A stretch of 64,000 nt of DNA from Ptychodera flava. Its lineage: Eukaryota. This document shows, piece after piece, positions 48,158 through 60,469 of the stretch. The notes under the pieces were generated by a model, which saw only the letters and a program-made list of their open reading frames with translations, had not been told where the DNA came from and searched no databases. Location: assembly GCF_041260155.1 (NCBI RefSeq), contig NW_027248355.1, forward strand, positions 2,580,078-2,644,077, written 5' to 3'. The translations under genes were made by a program, and so were the position numbers. Each line of letters begins with the position of its first letter. The stretch's first letter is position 1.

Positions 48158-50836
48158 CCAGTCAATATAAATGACACAGTCTCCACTTGTAATTTATGTG
48201 AGTTGATCCAATGTCATTGAATAGAAGTCACAATAATGCACAAAGTACAAAGTGCGATATAAAAGAACATATATATAGTCATAGTTATACGCCATAGCAC
48301 CTTGTCTTTGAGTCAAGTTTAAATGAAATTTGTCGTGCTAAGTCTGAGTTATGGCTTCAGCCTAAAAAATTAAAACGAAGTGTTCTTCAGGCAGCTATAT
48401 TGGATAATATCACATGAAACAATTGACATGCATTTGTACTTCATGGTATCACGCCCTTATGCCAAGTCAAAATGACCGCAAGACAAGATGGCCATATTTG
48501 ATCACATCGAAAACCAACTTGATGTGCATAGGGTATGTCTTCGAATAAGGGTAGAGTAAAAATCGAGATCTGGAACATTAAGACACTGCCATATTGTAAA
48601 AAAGATGTAAAGTAATGCTAACAACCGACAACTTGTGTCTGTTAAGTTATTGAAAGCATAAGTATCGAGACTGATAACTCAGCTTGCATTTCCAAACTTA
48701 CAAGCGTAAGATATGATCTGTCTTCACATGTCTGGGCACTGCTTGAGACCGATAGAAATTAAGAAAAGATTGGATCATGGCATGCATACTCGATTGTATC
48801 AAGAAACGTGCAGATGTATGTCACAGTACTATGTTCTAATGCGGAGTTTGAATGAAATCGGTCCCAGAAATTGCCTTGGAACAGCAATATGGCCGCCAGA
48901 TTGCCATTTTGAGTTGTATCGCGAGATAGATTGCCGTGCGCCTGACTACGTCCTTTTGCCAAGTTTGATTGAAATCGGTCAAGTAATGTCAGAATACTGA
49001 CTCCATACTTAATTATACACAATATATATTTTCGGCAACAAAGCCAGTGTGACGACCACGTCATGAAATCCTTGTATTTTCACTGATGGGAACAAACAAG
49101 TTAAATGATAAAAGCCTTACCAGTTCTCTGAATTATACTGTGTATTATCACTTCATCTAAGTTTCAAATTTTGGAATTTTCTATATCAAGATGAAAAGTC
49201 ATATAGATGAAGGATTGTTTTATGGCCTATAATGAATTTACCCACATTTCTTCTATTGCTGTTTGCTGAAAACATACACCTGTTAAATATGCTATCATTT
49301 GTTTGTTTAGTCCATGCTATTTTGCTTTAAAAAATCTAAGTTGCACAATTACGATCAACCGATATTGCACATGAATATGAAAGATTCTGATGATGCTACA
49401 CTACATTGGTAATATCTTGACACGTTGCAATTGGTGAACACAATATTCAAATAAATATCTCGAACGTCCATAAGACAAAGTAGCATATATTAACACGTGT
49501 TGTAACGGAAAAATGAATCAACTGCCATGTGTCCGGTGCAGGGATTGGTTAAAACAGGTCAAAACCGGTTCAAACCAGTCAGCTTTTCAAGGAGTATCAA
49601 AACGTAGGATTTTCCTTTTACTATACGTTGTAAATGAAAACACGTACAGTGGACGAAGATTTTTGTGAAGCATGAGCTAAAATGACTCCGCTAAGACAAT
49701 ATTCCTGACCTTGAAGGTATTACCAAGGTATTATCGACCAAAATGTTTGCACTGACTCGTCGGAAAGGCAACCGGAAAATGCACAGAAAGTTACAAATTC
49801 TGCCTAATCATAATTTAAACAGGCCAATATCCTGGACCTAACTCATATCTACAAAGTTTTAGATTATTAGCATTCACAGCATCATTATCGAATCCAAATA
49901 AACCTGAAAAGAAAAATTATTAGCTTTAAAAAACAATGTTACTGCATAAAAGCGTTGCAGTATCCACAATTAGTCAACAAATATCATTATTTTTAGTGTC
50001 ATGCCATGTACATTTGACATATCTTACAAAGTTTCATCAAATAACTACATTTAATCACAGAGAAACATAGACAGAGTCGCAACGGGTATTGTTTAAGGCG
50101 TTGTTTAAGCGGTTACGTAACCCATCCATGTTCGCCTCGCCTCAGGTTGCTCTCGCCTCTCTTTTCCGAAGAGTGCCGACCATGTATCCTTCGGTAATTT
50201 TCGGATTTTCGCATATTGTTAAGCGAAAGTATGTTCGGCAAAGTTTGTGTTGTTGTTGTCGTGTGGTGCTGAGCGGAATTGACGTGCATGCGAAAAAGGG
50301 AGTGTTTTGAGCTTCAGGAAAGTGAGTTTTACCGTTTTAAAAATTCCTCTCATATTTTTATGAATATATAATGAGTGCGCTTGAACCAAATTTGAAAGTC
50401 TTTTATCGATACTGTCTGGTTTTACTCAATGGTTTACGGTCAGTCATAACGTGTTTTACACGTGCGTCAAGGAAGGACATGTATATGAAACTGCTGACGT
50501 GTTATGTTTTGATTGGCGTGAAGCAGTGTTTCTGGCCTGAGAGCTCACAAAGTAACTATGGTTGCTACGCGACTGGCAGTACGATGCCATTTCGTCGTAT
50601 TTTTCGCATAATCTCGTGTAATTATCAACCACAAACAAAGTCTCCAAAAAGTTTAACACCTTTGAAGCTCATTTTAATATATAAAGACAATAGTCTACCG
50701 AGACGACCATGGAACAAAAGGCATGCAGCGTTTCTAGTCTGTCTATACTATTTGTCTGTGATTTAATCAGCTAAAACCAAGAAAGCAAATTTTGCTAGAA
50801 ATCTGGAGTACCGTTGAAATGGCAATGTTTGCTGTA

Positions 50837-50887
<51 letters not shown>

Positions 50888-50957
50888 GTTTGAAAAGTAT
50901 GGGGAAAGGGACCGGCTAGAGCGAGGCAAAAGATACTGCCAATTGATACTGCAATAC

Positions 50958-51259
50958 TTACTTGTCAATCCATTCAAATGTACCATCTTGTAACATTTTC
51001 CTCAAGATCCCATACTCTGCGCCCTCTACGTCCAATTTAAAGATGACATAGTCTTCTTTGTTGACATTTCGTTGTATCCACTGTGATAGGTCAACGGTAG
51101 GGATGACATCATGCCGAGACAATTTCCTCTTGCCGCCATCTTGTTTATCAACGCCTTCTTTTCTACTGACAAATAGGCTTCCACCTCCCCACTGCATATC
51201 CTGTCCGTTGTTTACTTTCCCTGGAAACCACACTCCCTCGTTAAAAGCAGTCATATTAC
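50958..51259 (-). CDS. FkbM-family methyltransferase-domain gene, terminal exon (..NMTAFNEGVWFPGK...DYVIFKLDVEGAEYGILRKMLQDGTFEWIDK*)
   Basis: KLDVEGAEYGIL matches the FkbM-domain signature (iDvEGaEleVL). Acceptor tttatttcatggcag| at 51260, stop TAA at 50958-50960. Phase is consistent with exon 57183-57370. Confidence 0.55.
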
Positions 51260-51922
51260 CTGCCATGAAATAAACAGTAAATTCATTTAAAGGCACGAAG
51301 AGGTAATCTTTTACCAAAAGAAAACGTGTTGTTAGATTTACTTTAGTTTTCTATCACGAGATGAGCTAATGTGATTCTGAAGATGCTAGGGGTTATTGTC
51401 AATTTCAGAAAAGGGTGCGCCCTTCATACCAAATGTTCTTGCCTCGTAAACTTCGTATTTGTATGATAGGTGTGGATACACTTCCTTTATATTGTAATAC
51501 TTTATTTACTCAGTTTTTGATATGATGTGTAAGATGTCAATTTCTCTACAATATTGTATCCTAGATAGAAGGTTTAAATCTGACCAATCCTCTCTTTGGT
51601 CCTACTTGGCAAAAATCTTTAAAATTAATACAATATATGTTTTGTTTTCACTTCGAATGAAATTTCACTGATTTAGTAAGCCTTAAAAATTGTCATATGT
51701 GTAAGTAACAAGTACTAAAAGACGAAATTGAAACTATTTTATTTTTCTATATGCTCTTGGATTGCCGAAATCTAGTTGCGATTGAAATACAGGTCTTCAT
51801 GATTTCGAGAATTGGTAATAATCCTAGTGCCAACACCTCAGTATATCATATCTGTATCCTTGTAACAAAGTAAATAAGTCTCTGCACTCAGAATAGCGCT
51901 ACATTATAAAATTTAACTATAC

Positions 51923-53363
51923 TTAAAGCGCAGTGGTCGTCGCGCTGCGCATGCTCCTGAGGGGTCCCCCCCCCCCCCCCCCCCCCCCTGTTGTCAACAT
52001 ATCCAAGAATGCCGCACTATACGTTACGGGTTGATAATAATGTTTGCGATATTGCCGCTTGTTAAAATGGCGGCTGATCTGTCACAAGCATACCAACTTA
52101 CCAAATCTAGTAATTACACGCTGGATTGAGATCACATTTGATCATGATTTTCTTGAATCAGTTGAATGGGGCTCGGATGTATTGTTATCGCTAGAGCCAT
52201 AGAGCTAAACACTTACCTGTACGCGTGTACATGTATATGCAAACAGACTATCAATGACCGGGCTGTAGTCTACGACATCGCTAGCAAGAACGAGAGCTTT
52301 CATTTCAAGAGGCCCAACAGGAGTACAATTGACAAAAACGCAAGTTACAGAAATCTACAGCTGTCAGAGCAATGCCCGCGGCAGCAAAAAGCATATGTTC
52401 CGTGGTCTACATGAACGTCCGTGTCAAGAGAACCGGGTATACAGCGCGCTACACTCGGCTGTGGAGAATCCAACTCCATTACGAAGTTTACCCCGTTGGG
52501 GGATGCAAATGAGATTTCGAGCACAGGTATCAAGTCAAGCGAATGACCTTTCATAGTTCTTCTTGCTATGTGGGGGTTATCTCATTTGAAAGGGGATTCA
52601 GACCTACCCGGCAATCAGGAGGTACAACAACGAAGTTTCCGTAGCACCGGTAGGCCAACACCTGCTACACTAGCTAGCCGTTGGATCTCTGCCATGACCA
52701 TGCACAGGATCTCTCGCTCGTTTTGTCTATTGTTTCTTGTCATTTGACTATTTCTTGCCACGTATTACTAGAAGCAGCAAGAAATGGTGATCAACAGTGG
52801 GTCGTGGGCCAAGTCGTCGTGGGGCCAGTAGGTTGTGGGACAGGATTCCCCCGTGTACGTCAACGCGGTGACCGTCTCCCTTATCGAAGCAACAACATCT
52901 CCCGTGCCCTGCTCTGGCTTGCCGATCACGCTCTTGAGTGTATTTTTTGTGTTAGACGTTGTGCTTGTTGCTAGTCTACATATATATACAATGTTGATCA
53001 TTTTAGTGATGTATTTTTACTGTACTATACAGAGCATTGTGTACAACCAGCGTGACCGCGCGCGATCATACCCATTTGTTCACCGTGACTGCATGCACTA
53101 AACTCAGCGACATAGTGTGCCGAGTGTAGTGTCTCAATGTTCGTAGCCTTACATTAGTTTATAAATAGAAATACACCATAGAAGTTCGTTTCCAATCTTA
53201 ATATTTTACTATTGCATGATGTTGAGTCTTACATAGGCGTTAACAAAGTGTGGGACCGCTCCCATCTTACTCAGATTGAAGTTCAGAAGACTATGTTTAC
53301 AAAAATTCATGTTTATCAACAAAAAAATCGCGCACGCGCAGCGCGACGACCACTGCGCTTTAA
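51923..53363. mobile_element. Non-autonomous TIR element (MITE-like, 1.44 kb) with 32-bp terminal inverted repeats TTAAAGCGCAGTGGTCGTCGCGCTGCGC(A/G)TGC
   Basis: Left end 51923-51954 and right end 53332-53363 match in 31 of 32 bp as inverted repeats. There is no convincing internal ORF. A C21 homopolymer lies just inside the left TIR. The termini begin TTAA (possibly a piggyBac-style TTAA target duplication). Confidence 0.55.
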
Positions 53364-54476
53364 ATCGCCAATTGACCTTCAAGATTAATACAGGAATGAT
53401 GCTTTTGAAAATGTGGTTCGACATCCATGTGTTACACATAGCTGTGACGTACCAGTTCACTAAATAGTTTTTGTCATAAAAGGGTGAAGTTCAATGACAA
53501 GTATCGAAGTTTTGATTCGAGGCCAAAAGCACGCTAAGATTATAGGCTCTCTCACAGCCCCTCGTCGGCTTCGCCTTAGTCCATACTAGCGCCCTTAGCT
53601 GTGGGTCTACAGCTGTGGTGTTTTCAGACGGGATTCCTGTCTTTTACGGGCTGGTTTTGACTTTTACGATTTTAACCCCGCCACCACAGCTGTGGGATAT
53701 TGAATAGACTAGCGTCCATGTTCCGCCGCAAGCACCCTTTGCGCAAGTTTGTTCGACGATATTTCGAAAAATTTTCCATCCAAATTACAATTTGCCAACA
53801 CTCATCGACAGCTTGGTTATTAGGGACTCACCAAACCAGAAGTCCGCTCAAAATTCACCGAAATATCGCCTTTTTTCTAGGTTTGCCAGACATGACTACA
53901 CGGAGACCGCCATTTTGCTGGCGTAAAACTGCTGGTCGAGGATCCCTGCAGCACGTCACTACAGTGACGTAGGCGGTGACCTATAAGCATTTCCTGCAGG
54001 ATCTTCAGTAAATCTTCAATCGTGTAAACATAGTATGAATAAACGCAAGTCAACATCGTTTATTATAGCTCACTATGAATACCTATTATAAATTTCATAG
54101 CATTATTTCGGCAAATCGTTATTAACAGAATGCTTTTTGGATTGCATGTTTCGATAAGAAATGATCGAAATCGACACGACTTTAATGCACGCAGAGTTAT
54201 ATTCAAAGTACCTCCTCGAACTTCGTCAGTGGGGACTAATGTCAACGCATTATTTCGTCTCTAGACTTTAAATTTGGTTGATTTCGCTGGGACGTAGATA
54301 GCATAATTAACACCGGTGAAAATGCTAAGTAACCATTGATTTCATTGTTTAGCTTGCACATTTGTGAAATTTAATCCCATTAGACATGTGTACAGAAATC
54401 AGGCCAAGAACATCTGCGTATTAATCTGACAAATAAAGAGAAAGAATGAAAGCTTTGACAAAGAGGAGGAATCATG

Positions 54477-54850
54477 GGCCAGTGGCTAGAGCAGTGGACT
54501 CACGTTCAAAGGATGGCGAGTTCGAGCTCCGGCATGGCTGTGGTGTTGTATCCTTGAGCAAGGCACTTTATTCCTCATTGTTTCTCCCCACCCAGGAGTG
54601 ATGGGTACCTGGTAGGACAGTGGTTGTAATGTGTGCGTTTAGCTCTGCTGCGCTTATTGGCTGCACATGTGAGCTGTTGTTTGCTCCCCAGGGAGTTGAG
54701 TGGTATCATATTAGGTCCAGTGACCAGGGGTAATAATAATCATAGGCGTAGGAACCGGGGGGGGGGGGGGGGGGCGGCCGCCCCCCCAATGCTGAAGTTG
54801 GGGGGGGGGCAAAGGTATACTTTTGCCCCCCCCCCCCCCCCCAACTTTTA
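54477..54850 (+). mobile_element. tRNA-derived SINE-like element (tRNA-like head with A/B box-like sequences) followed by a conserved body and G/C homopolymer tail structures
   Basis: GGGCCAGTGGCTAGAGCAGTGG...GGCGAGTTCGAGCTCC resembles a tRNA 5' half with pol III A and B boxes. An inverted partial copy of the tail region (..cctacgcc..ggggggcaaaggtaacc) lies at 56925-57000. Confidence 0.45.
54757..54850. repeat. Two perfect homopolymer hairpins: G19-CGGCCG-C7 and G10-caaaggtatacttttg-C16
   Basis: Read directly. Similar C-runs occur at 51968-51990 (C21) and 56946-56957. Confidence 0.9.
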
Positions 54851-57182
54851 CAAATACACATTGACTACGGCTAGCTGTCCCAACTATTGCTGATGTAGGG
54901 AGTTAAACAACTGGAGTTAAGGCGCCGTAAAATAAATTCTTTGTTTGCCGTCCGCGTGCGGGTAGGTTTTTGGACGAAATCTGAAAAACAAACACAGATC
55001 GTATGATCGAAAATACGGCGGGATGTGCTCTCCTTTGTTCGCGATGTCGCAGTAATTTACTTTAATGTCGCAAAAACGCAAATGTCGTACGATCGTTTCC
55101 ATACAAATCAGATTACCTATCTTAAAGGGGTACATCAACCGCTGTACGTAAAGTGTACATGTGCACCTCCTGTTGTAGTGGACTGCAGTGTACCGTAAGT
55201 GAAGATCAATCGACCGTTTCACAAGTTGATATCTCCCTCAAAGTTTTCAAATCGGCGGAAGTGCGTAAAATCTTTTTGGTCTCCGGCTCAGACTACAACT
55301 GAGCTGCAACAACGACCGCGCATGAAAAGATTTGTCCGAATTTCAGGCAGCGGTGTCTGAAGTCGCGCGTGCAGCTATATTTAGTAACAAACCTGACATC
55401 GCGATCAGCGCTATTGGAATTCGGCTAAAAAATAGTTGATACACAAAATTCAGAATAAATAGCCTTTAAAGTTACAGCTAATGGAGCATTTAACTCAACA
55501 GAAACAGTGATCAGGACTAGTATTTATTTGACACTTAAAAAGGAGGATTTGTACTCGAGGCTGTTATGATTTGTTCAGCTACCCACTCTTCTTACTGTAA
55601 AAATTGTAATTGTATGGAAGAGATAGTAGTTTCACCTTTTACCAAGATGTTTAACATTTGTTTTCTGAGTGACAACTATACATACTTTGTTATACTCAGT
55701 AAATTTTGCAGTTTTATATTTGGAATTTTCAGGTTTTGCAAGAACACCTTTTTGTTATAAGCTTAGCCCAACATGTTGAAATACATAGTGTACATTTGTC
55801 AAAACAGCTGTTACTACTCGTTTTTCTCCTATCATCTCATTACCTCATCTTGGCCTGCTTTTACTCATGGACTCGTCTTAGCTTGCTGAGAGGTGCTGGT
55901 AATCTTCGATTGACTACACGAGATGTTCAGAGTTCGTTGGTACTACATAGACTTTATTTCTCGGTAGACAAGCTTGACAGCTGCCATCGCCCAAGATACG
56001 CTTCTCCAATTGTCTGTCCTCCTGCCCTGTCTGTTGTATTTTTCTCTCTTGTCCTTTGTATTCCCTTTCCCGTATTATTTTAGAATGGGATTTTAAACGT
56101 TATGTTTAAGGCTTGGTTTTGATCATATGATAGATATGAATTAAAGATGGAAATATACGTCCAATCGTAAACATCAAATCAGATCTCGATCTTAAATGTA
56201 CATGTCATAATTAATATACAAATGTCACTTAGACACGTTGCAAAATTGAAGCCATTGCGTAAACGGTGAAGTTCTTATGTTCCTTCATTAGGTGTTGATT
56301 CAAATATATTTCGTTTTCTTCAAAACTTCGTAAACATCGTCGTAATACGTAATTTGCATCTTTTACATTTGTCGCAAATATGCTTTTTATTCATAATTGA
56401 GAACTTGTTATTTTTAATAGTTTTACTCTTGTCTATGACTACCTAGTGCATAAACCTCCGTCAGAGACAAACTATAGATCTGCGTAACACAACCAGTTGA
56501 TTACTATCACACTGTACATGTGGTACACTAGGGCCTATGTACTGGTATAGTGTTTATTGCCATTGTTTATTATGGAATTTTTGTTCAGACTCACAGTCAC
56601 CTAACTCTAAGTATGCTTGTTGTACTTATACAAAGTTAAAGTTTATGCGATTGATCTATGTTGTGTGTTTGTTTTGTATTTTTTTTTGCTCGCTGGCTGG
56701 TAGGTTTTTCAAAAATCCAAGGACGGCAAACAAAGAATTTTCTTTACACGGCCTAATACATAAAAACACAAATATTGAGACATTGCCGTATGTGAAAGTA
56801 GTAGTGCTTTAATTACATTTTTTACTATTAAGATTGATTTTGGCCTGTTTTAATTATTTTAATTTATTCGTGTATGATTTAATATTTTAATTTATTCATA
56901 TATGCAAATTTTAGATCGTAATTCATTCATCACCAGAATATAGGTTACCTTTGCCCCCCCCCCCAAGCGTGAATTGCTTCCTACGCCCCTGTAATAATTG
57001 TAAAGCGCCTTGATCGCATGTACTTGTGGACCCAATATTATTATTATTATTATTATTATAAAAGACAATTATGTCGTTTAATGGTGCTTTGTTCTTAGAA
57101 AACTGCATGCCAAGCAGCTCTGTCTTAACGTTCCGTAGATTACAATGTGTTGCAATTAACCAATCAACGAAAGAAGCCTTAC

Positions 57183-57370
57183 CGTCCTTGTCAGCAACAC
57201 CGACAGGGCAGTGGAGTGTGTGACCTTTGTCCTTATAATATGCAAAATATGGTCTCAGTCCTGCATCAATCTCAAATGAGTGAATGATATAATCTTTTGC
57301 ATCCGGGTATGTTTCCCTGAAAAGATTGACTGTTGAAGCTACGTTGGCACCGCAGTCTAGTAATATTTTC
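57183..57370 (-). CDS. FkbM-family methyltransferase-domain gene, middle exon (KILLDCGANVASTVNLFRETYPDAKDYIIHSFEIDAGLRPYFAYYKDKGHTLHCPVGVADKD-G)
   Basis: ILLDCGANVAS...HSFE(P) matches the FkbM N-terminal signature (v.iDvGAN.G...v.afEP). Donor GACG|GTAAGG at 57182. The acceptor is either caag| at 57371 (in phase with exon 1) or tattactag| at 57357. The upstream (TC)n tract serves as the polypyrimidine tract. Confidence 0.5.
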
Positions 57371-57384
57371 CTTGGTCTTCATCC

Positions 57385-57447
<63 letters not shown>

Positions 57448-58439
57448 TATACGCATTGTTTATCAATAAAAATGTCACAATAATTTTCTGGTGGAATAAA
57501 TACAACATGTCATTTCCATGCGAACGTCAGCGCTTAATATTATGCTTAAAGAATTTTTGTACATTTAATTTTACGCTGCAGTTAGCCTAGGATTGTCCTG
57601 AGGTTCCATTGTTTTGCCTTTTTAATTTCCTAAATATGGAAGCAGAACATAAGCCAGGATTACATCACTTCATATCAATCAAGGGTATTAGTTTTGTTGC
57701 CAGATTATTTCTTTCACCACAGGTTCCCATGCAACTATATTTTCAGTGTGAATTTAAATCCTTTCTTTAGTTCTGTAAATATTTATTGTAAATTTTGAGC
57801 AAAGACATACCGTACATCAGATCTTATGTAGATCATATTAATTGCCGTCAACAGTTTTAGGTAGAGTCTAACGGTTTGATACCATATTCAAGATTTGGAG
57901 TCTTTGTAAAACCCTTCTGCAAAATGTGTTTCTGAGAGTAGATTGTCAGTTTCGCATGCAATGTATTTATTCATGGTCAACATATCCTTACCCCGTTACT
58001 TTCTTTAATGGCTGTTTAACATTCGCTTCTTCTTCAAATCTGATGGAACAATGAGAAGAAAAAATTAACAATGATCATTTACTTCATTCATTAAAATGTC
58101 GTGCGCCGACCACTCCTTTCATGAGGGAGCTGACGGTAATCTTTAAAAAGCGAAATTGTACTATTGACTAGATATGTAATTCTGTGAAACTCACGTCACA
58201 ATCCTCTACAGTGAGATATGGAATACTGGAAGACAGCTCATGGAGTTAGTTTAACTTTGTTTGGAAATATAAAGAATGTAGGAGGGCCCTGACTGTGCTG
58301 CAATTAAGGTGGCACGCCTCAAAATGAAAGACTTGCACTTTTGCTCGAACTTTCGTAAGGGAACTTTAGACTATATCTTTTCGAAATCAAGAATAAAAAT
58401 CAGGGGGCCACCTTGCCTGGCCTATCCTAAATGCAAACA

Positions 58440-59360
58440 CATGTACACACTATTTGTATTGATGATAGGTCTGGGTCATCTTCCATACCGACATGTATTG
58501 GTATTGAAGATAGGCATAGATCATCTTCAATACTGTGTTCTTAGTGTACTTGTATTGTGGATAGGCCTGGGTATCTTCCATAGTGTGTACATGTATTTGT
58601 ATTGTGGATAGGCCTGGGTTATCTTCCATAGTGTGTACATGTATTTGTATTGTGGATAGGCCTGGGTTATCTTCCATAGTGTGTACATGTATTTGTATTG
58701 TGGATAGGCCTGGGTTATCTTCCATAGTGTGTACATGTATTTGTATTGTGGATAGGCCTGGGTTATCTTCCATAGTGTGTACATGTATTTGTATTGTGGA
58801 TAGGCCTGGGTTATCTTCCATAGTGTGTACATGTATCTGTATTGTGGATAGGCCTGGGTTATCTTCCATAGGTGTACATGTATCTGTATTGTGGATAGGC
58901 CTGGGTTATCTTCCCTAGTGTGTACATGTATTTGTATTGTGGATAGGCCTGGGTCATCTTCCATAGTTTATACATATATTTGTATTGAGGATAGGCCTGG
59001 GTCATCTTCCATAGTTTATACATATATTTGTATTGAGGATAGGCCTGGGTCATCTTCCATAGTTTATACATATATTTGTATTGAGGATAGGCCTGGGTCA
59101 TCTTCCATAGTGTGTACATGTATTTGTATTGTGGATAGGCCTGGGTTATCTTCCATAGTGTGTACATGTATTTGTATTGTGGATAGGCAGGGGTTATCTT
59201 CCATAGTGTGTACATGTATTTGTATTGTGGATAGGCCTGGGTTATCTTCCATAGTGTGTACATGTATTTGTATTGTGGATAGGCCTGGGTTATCTTCCAT
59301 AGTGTGTACATGTATAGGTCATAATATTTGCATGAAGATAGGCCCGGAACGTCATACAGT
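58440..59360. repeat. 48-bp minisatellite, about 19 tandem copies (unit gtgtgtacatgtatttgtattgtggataggcctgggttatcttccata), with a variant block (tttatacatatatttgtattgaggataggcctgggtcatcttccatag) at 58960-59100
   Basis: Exact periodicity of 48 nt (= 16 codons) keeps the array open in all six frames, which produces the long repetitive ORFs 58450-59448 in the track. It lies inside the predicted first intron of the FkbM-domain gene. Confidence 0.9.
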
Positions 59361-59973
59361 TACTCCATGCATGCGCAAATGCGCTAACCGGCTTGTTCAC
59401 CTCAGACATGCGCGAAAATGGCGTAGGATCGTATTACAGTCATTTTAGTTACAGCGTTTTACATAAAAATTAATATTAACGCGTTATTACGTGCTGAAAT
59501 GACTATATTTTACTTAAAATTGTAGAACACGATGCATTACGTGTGTTGCAGTAAAGTGTTAAATGCTCAGCCAACTTCTTGTCTGTTCGAAAATCAGATG
59601 TCACGAAAAAAAATTATGGTGCTTCTATAATTTAAGCTGGAAAAAATCCCCAGGAGAGATTACCTGATTTGTTGCTGCATTACGCACGCCGTCTGTATAA
59701 TTTCATCTAAGTATGACTGACGTACCTCGGGAATCCCATGATTCAAGTTAACGCACTCAGCGTTGTATGAAGTCTTCCAGATGTGGGACTTGGTTTGTTC
59801 TCAAATCGGTGTTCAGGTCGATTGGTCCAGGCTATACTCTTTTCATATTGGGTACCTAAGATCATTGCATATATCGTAAAGTGTCACAAAAATGCTTTAG
59901 ATATATATCACCCACCTTTTGTGGATCTCAGCCTTTCTCCACTTCTCAAGACAGATGCGAGCATTGATGTTAC

Positions 59974-60109
59974 CCTGGGACAGCATGGCGACGTGGTTGT
60001 CTCGCCCTTCGAGTTGAGCTAGCATGTACCCCATGACAAAGCTGGCAAAAAGTGCCAGAGCCAGGAATAAAACCTGTCTACGTCCCGTTATTGTAATATT
60101 GAAAGACAT
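59974..60109 (-). CDS. Probable exon 1 of the FkbM-domain gene: MSFNITITGRRQVLFLALALFASFVMGYMLAQLEGRDNHVAMLSQ (N-terminal signal-anchor / TM helix), donor CAGG|GTAACA
   Basis: The ATG at 60109 is the first one downstream of a TATATATA box at 60200-60207 (minus strand). There is a hydrophobic 20-aa segment. Its phase (2) fits a direct splice to 57370, giving a 208-aa type-II membrane FkbM-like protein. Confidence 0.4.
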
Positions 60110-60199
60110 GGCGTCACTGAAAACAACAAGAAACAAAATGGTCAAAAAAGAAAACAAACACACAATTATGCCAACGTGAATGTGATTTTGTTTCAAGGT

Positions 60200-60207
60200 A
60201 TATATAG
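60200..60207 (-). promoter_or_regulatory. TATA box candidate ~90 nt upstream of the predicted ATG of the FkbM-domain gene
   Basis: TATATATA on the minus strand. An upstream in-frame ATG at 60217 lies 5' of this box and would be excluded from the transcript. Confidence 0.3.
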
Positions 60208-60469
60208 ACTCATCCATGCAAAACCATATTCACACCTACTATCAAGAAAGCTACGACAAAAGAAAATACCTGAATGCGTGCAAGATTCATTTTTGATTTT
60301 TTCACAGAAAAATTAAAAACTAAAACGTATATTGTGCATAAAACATGGTAAAATAAAATAAGAGGGACATTTTACCGGCCAATGTAAGAGTTGTATCCTT
60401 GCCTAAGGAGGCTTATCACAACATTTTTGTAAGTAATTACTCAAGTTGAAAAAAGGTGGGTTTTTTTAG

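Noticed and set aside
47795-48186. ORFs with poly-T/poly-Q/poly-V/poly-L/poly-N runs
   Set aside because: Translations of the (GTA)n(GTT)n microsatellites.
58450-59448. Four long ORFs (110-185 aa) with repetitive peptides on both strands
   Set aside because: They arise entirely from the 48-bp (16-codon) minisatellite and have no start or splice context. They are repeat artefacts, not genes.
60110-60217. An upstream ATG (MDESIYTLKQNHIHVGIIVCLFSFLTILFLVVFSDA-) extending the FkbM exon 1 ORF
   Set aside because: It lies 5' of the only TATA-like box (60200-60207 on the minus strand), so it is probably not transcribed. The downstream ATG at 60109 gives a normal signal-anchor start. I kept it only as an alternative.
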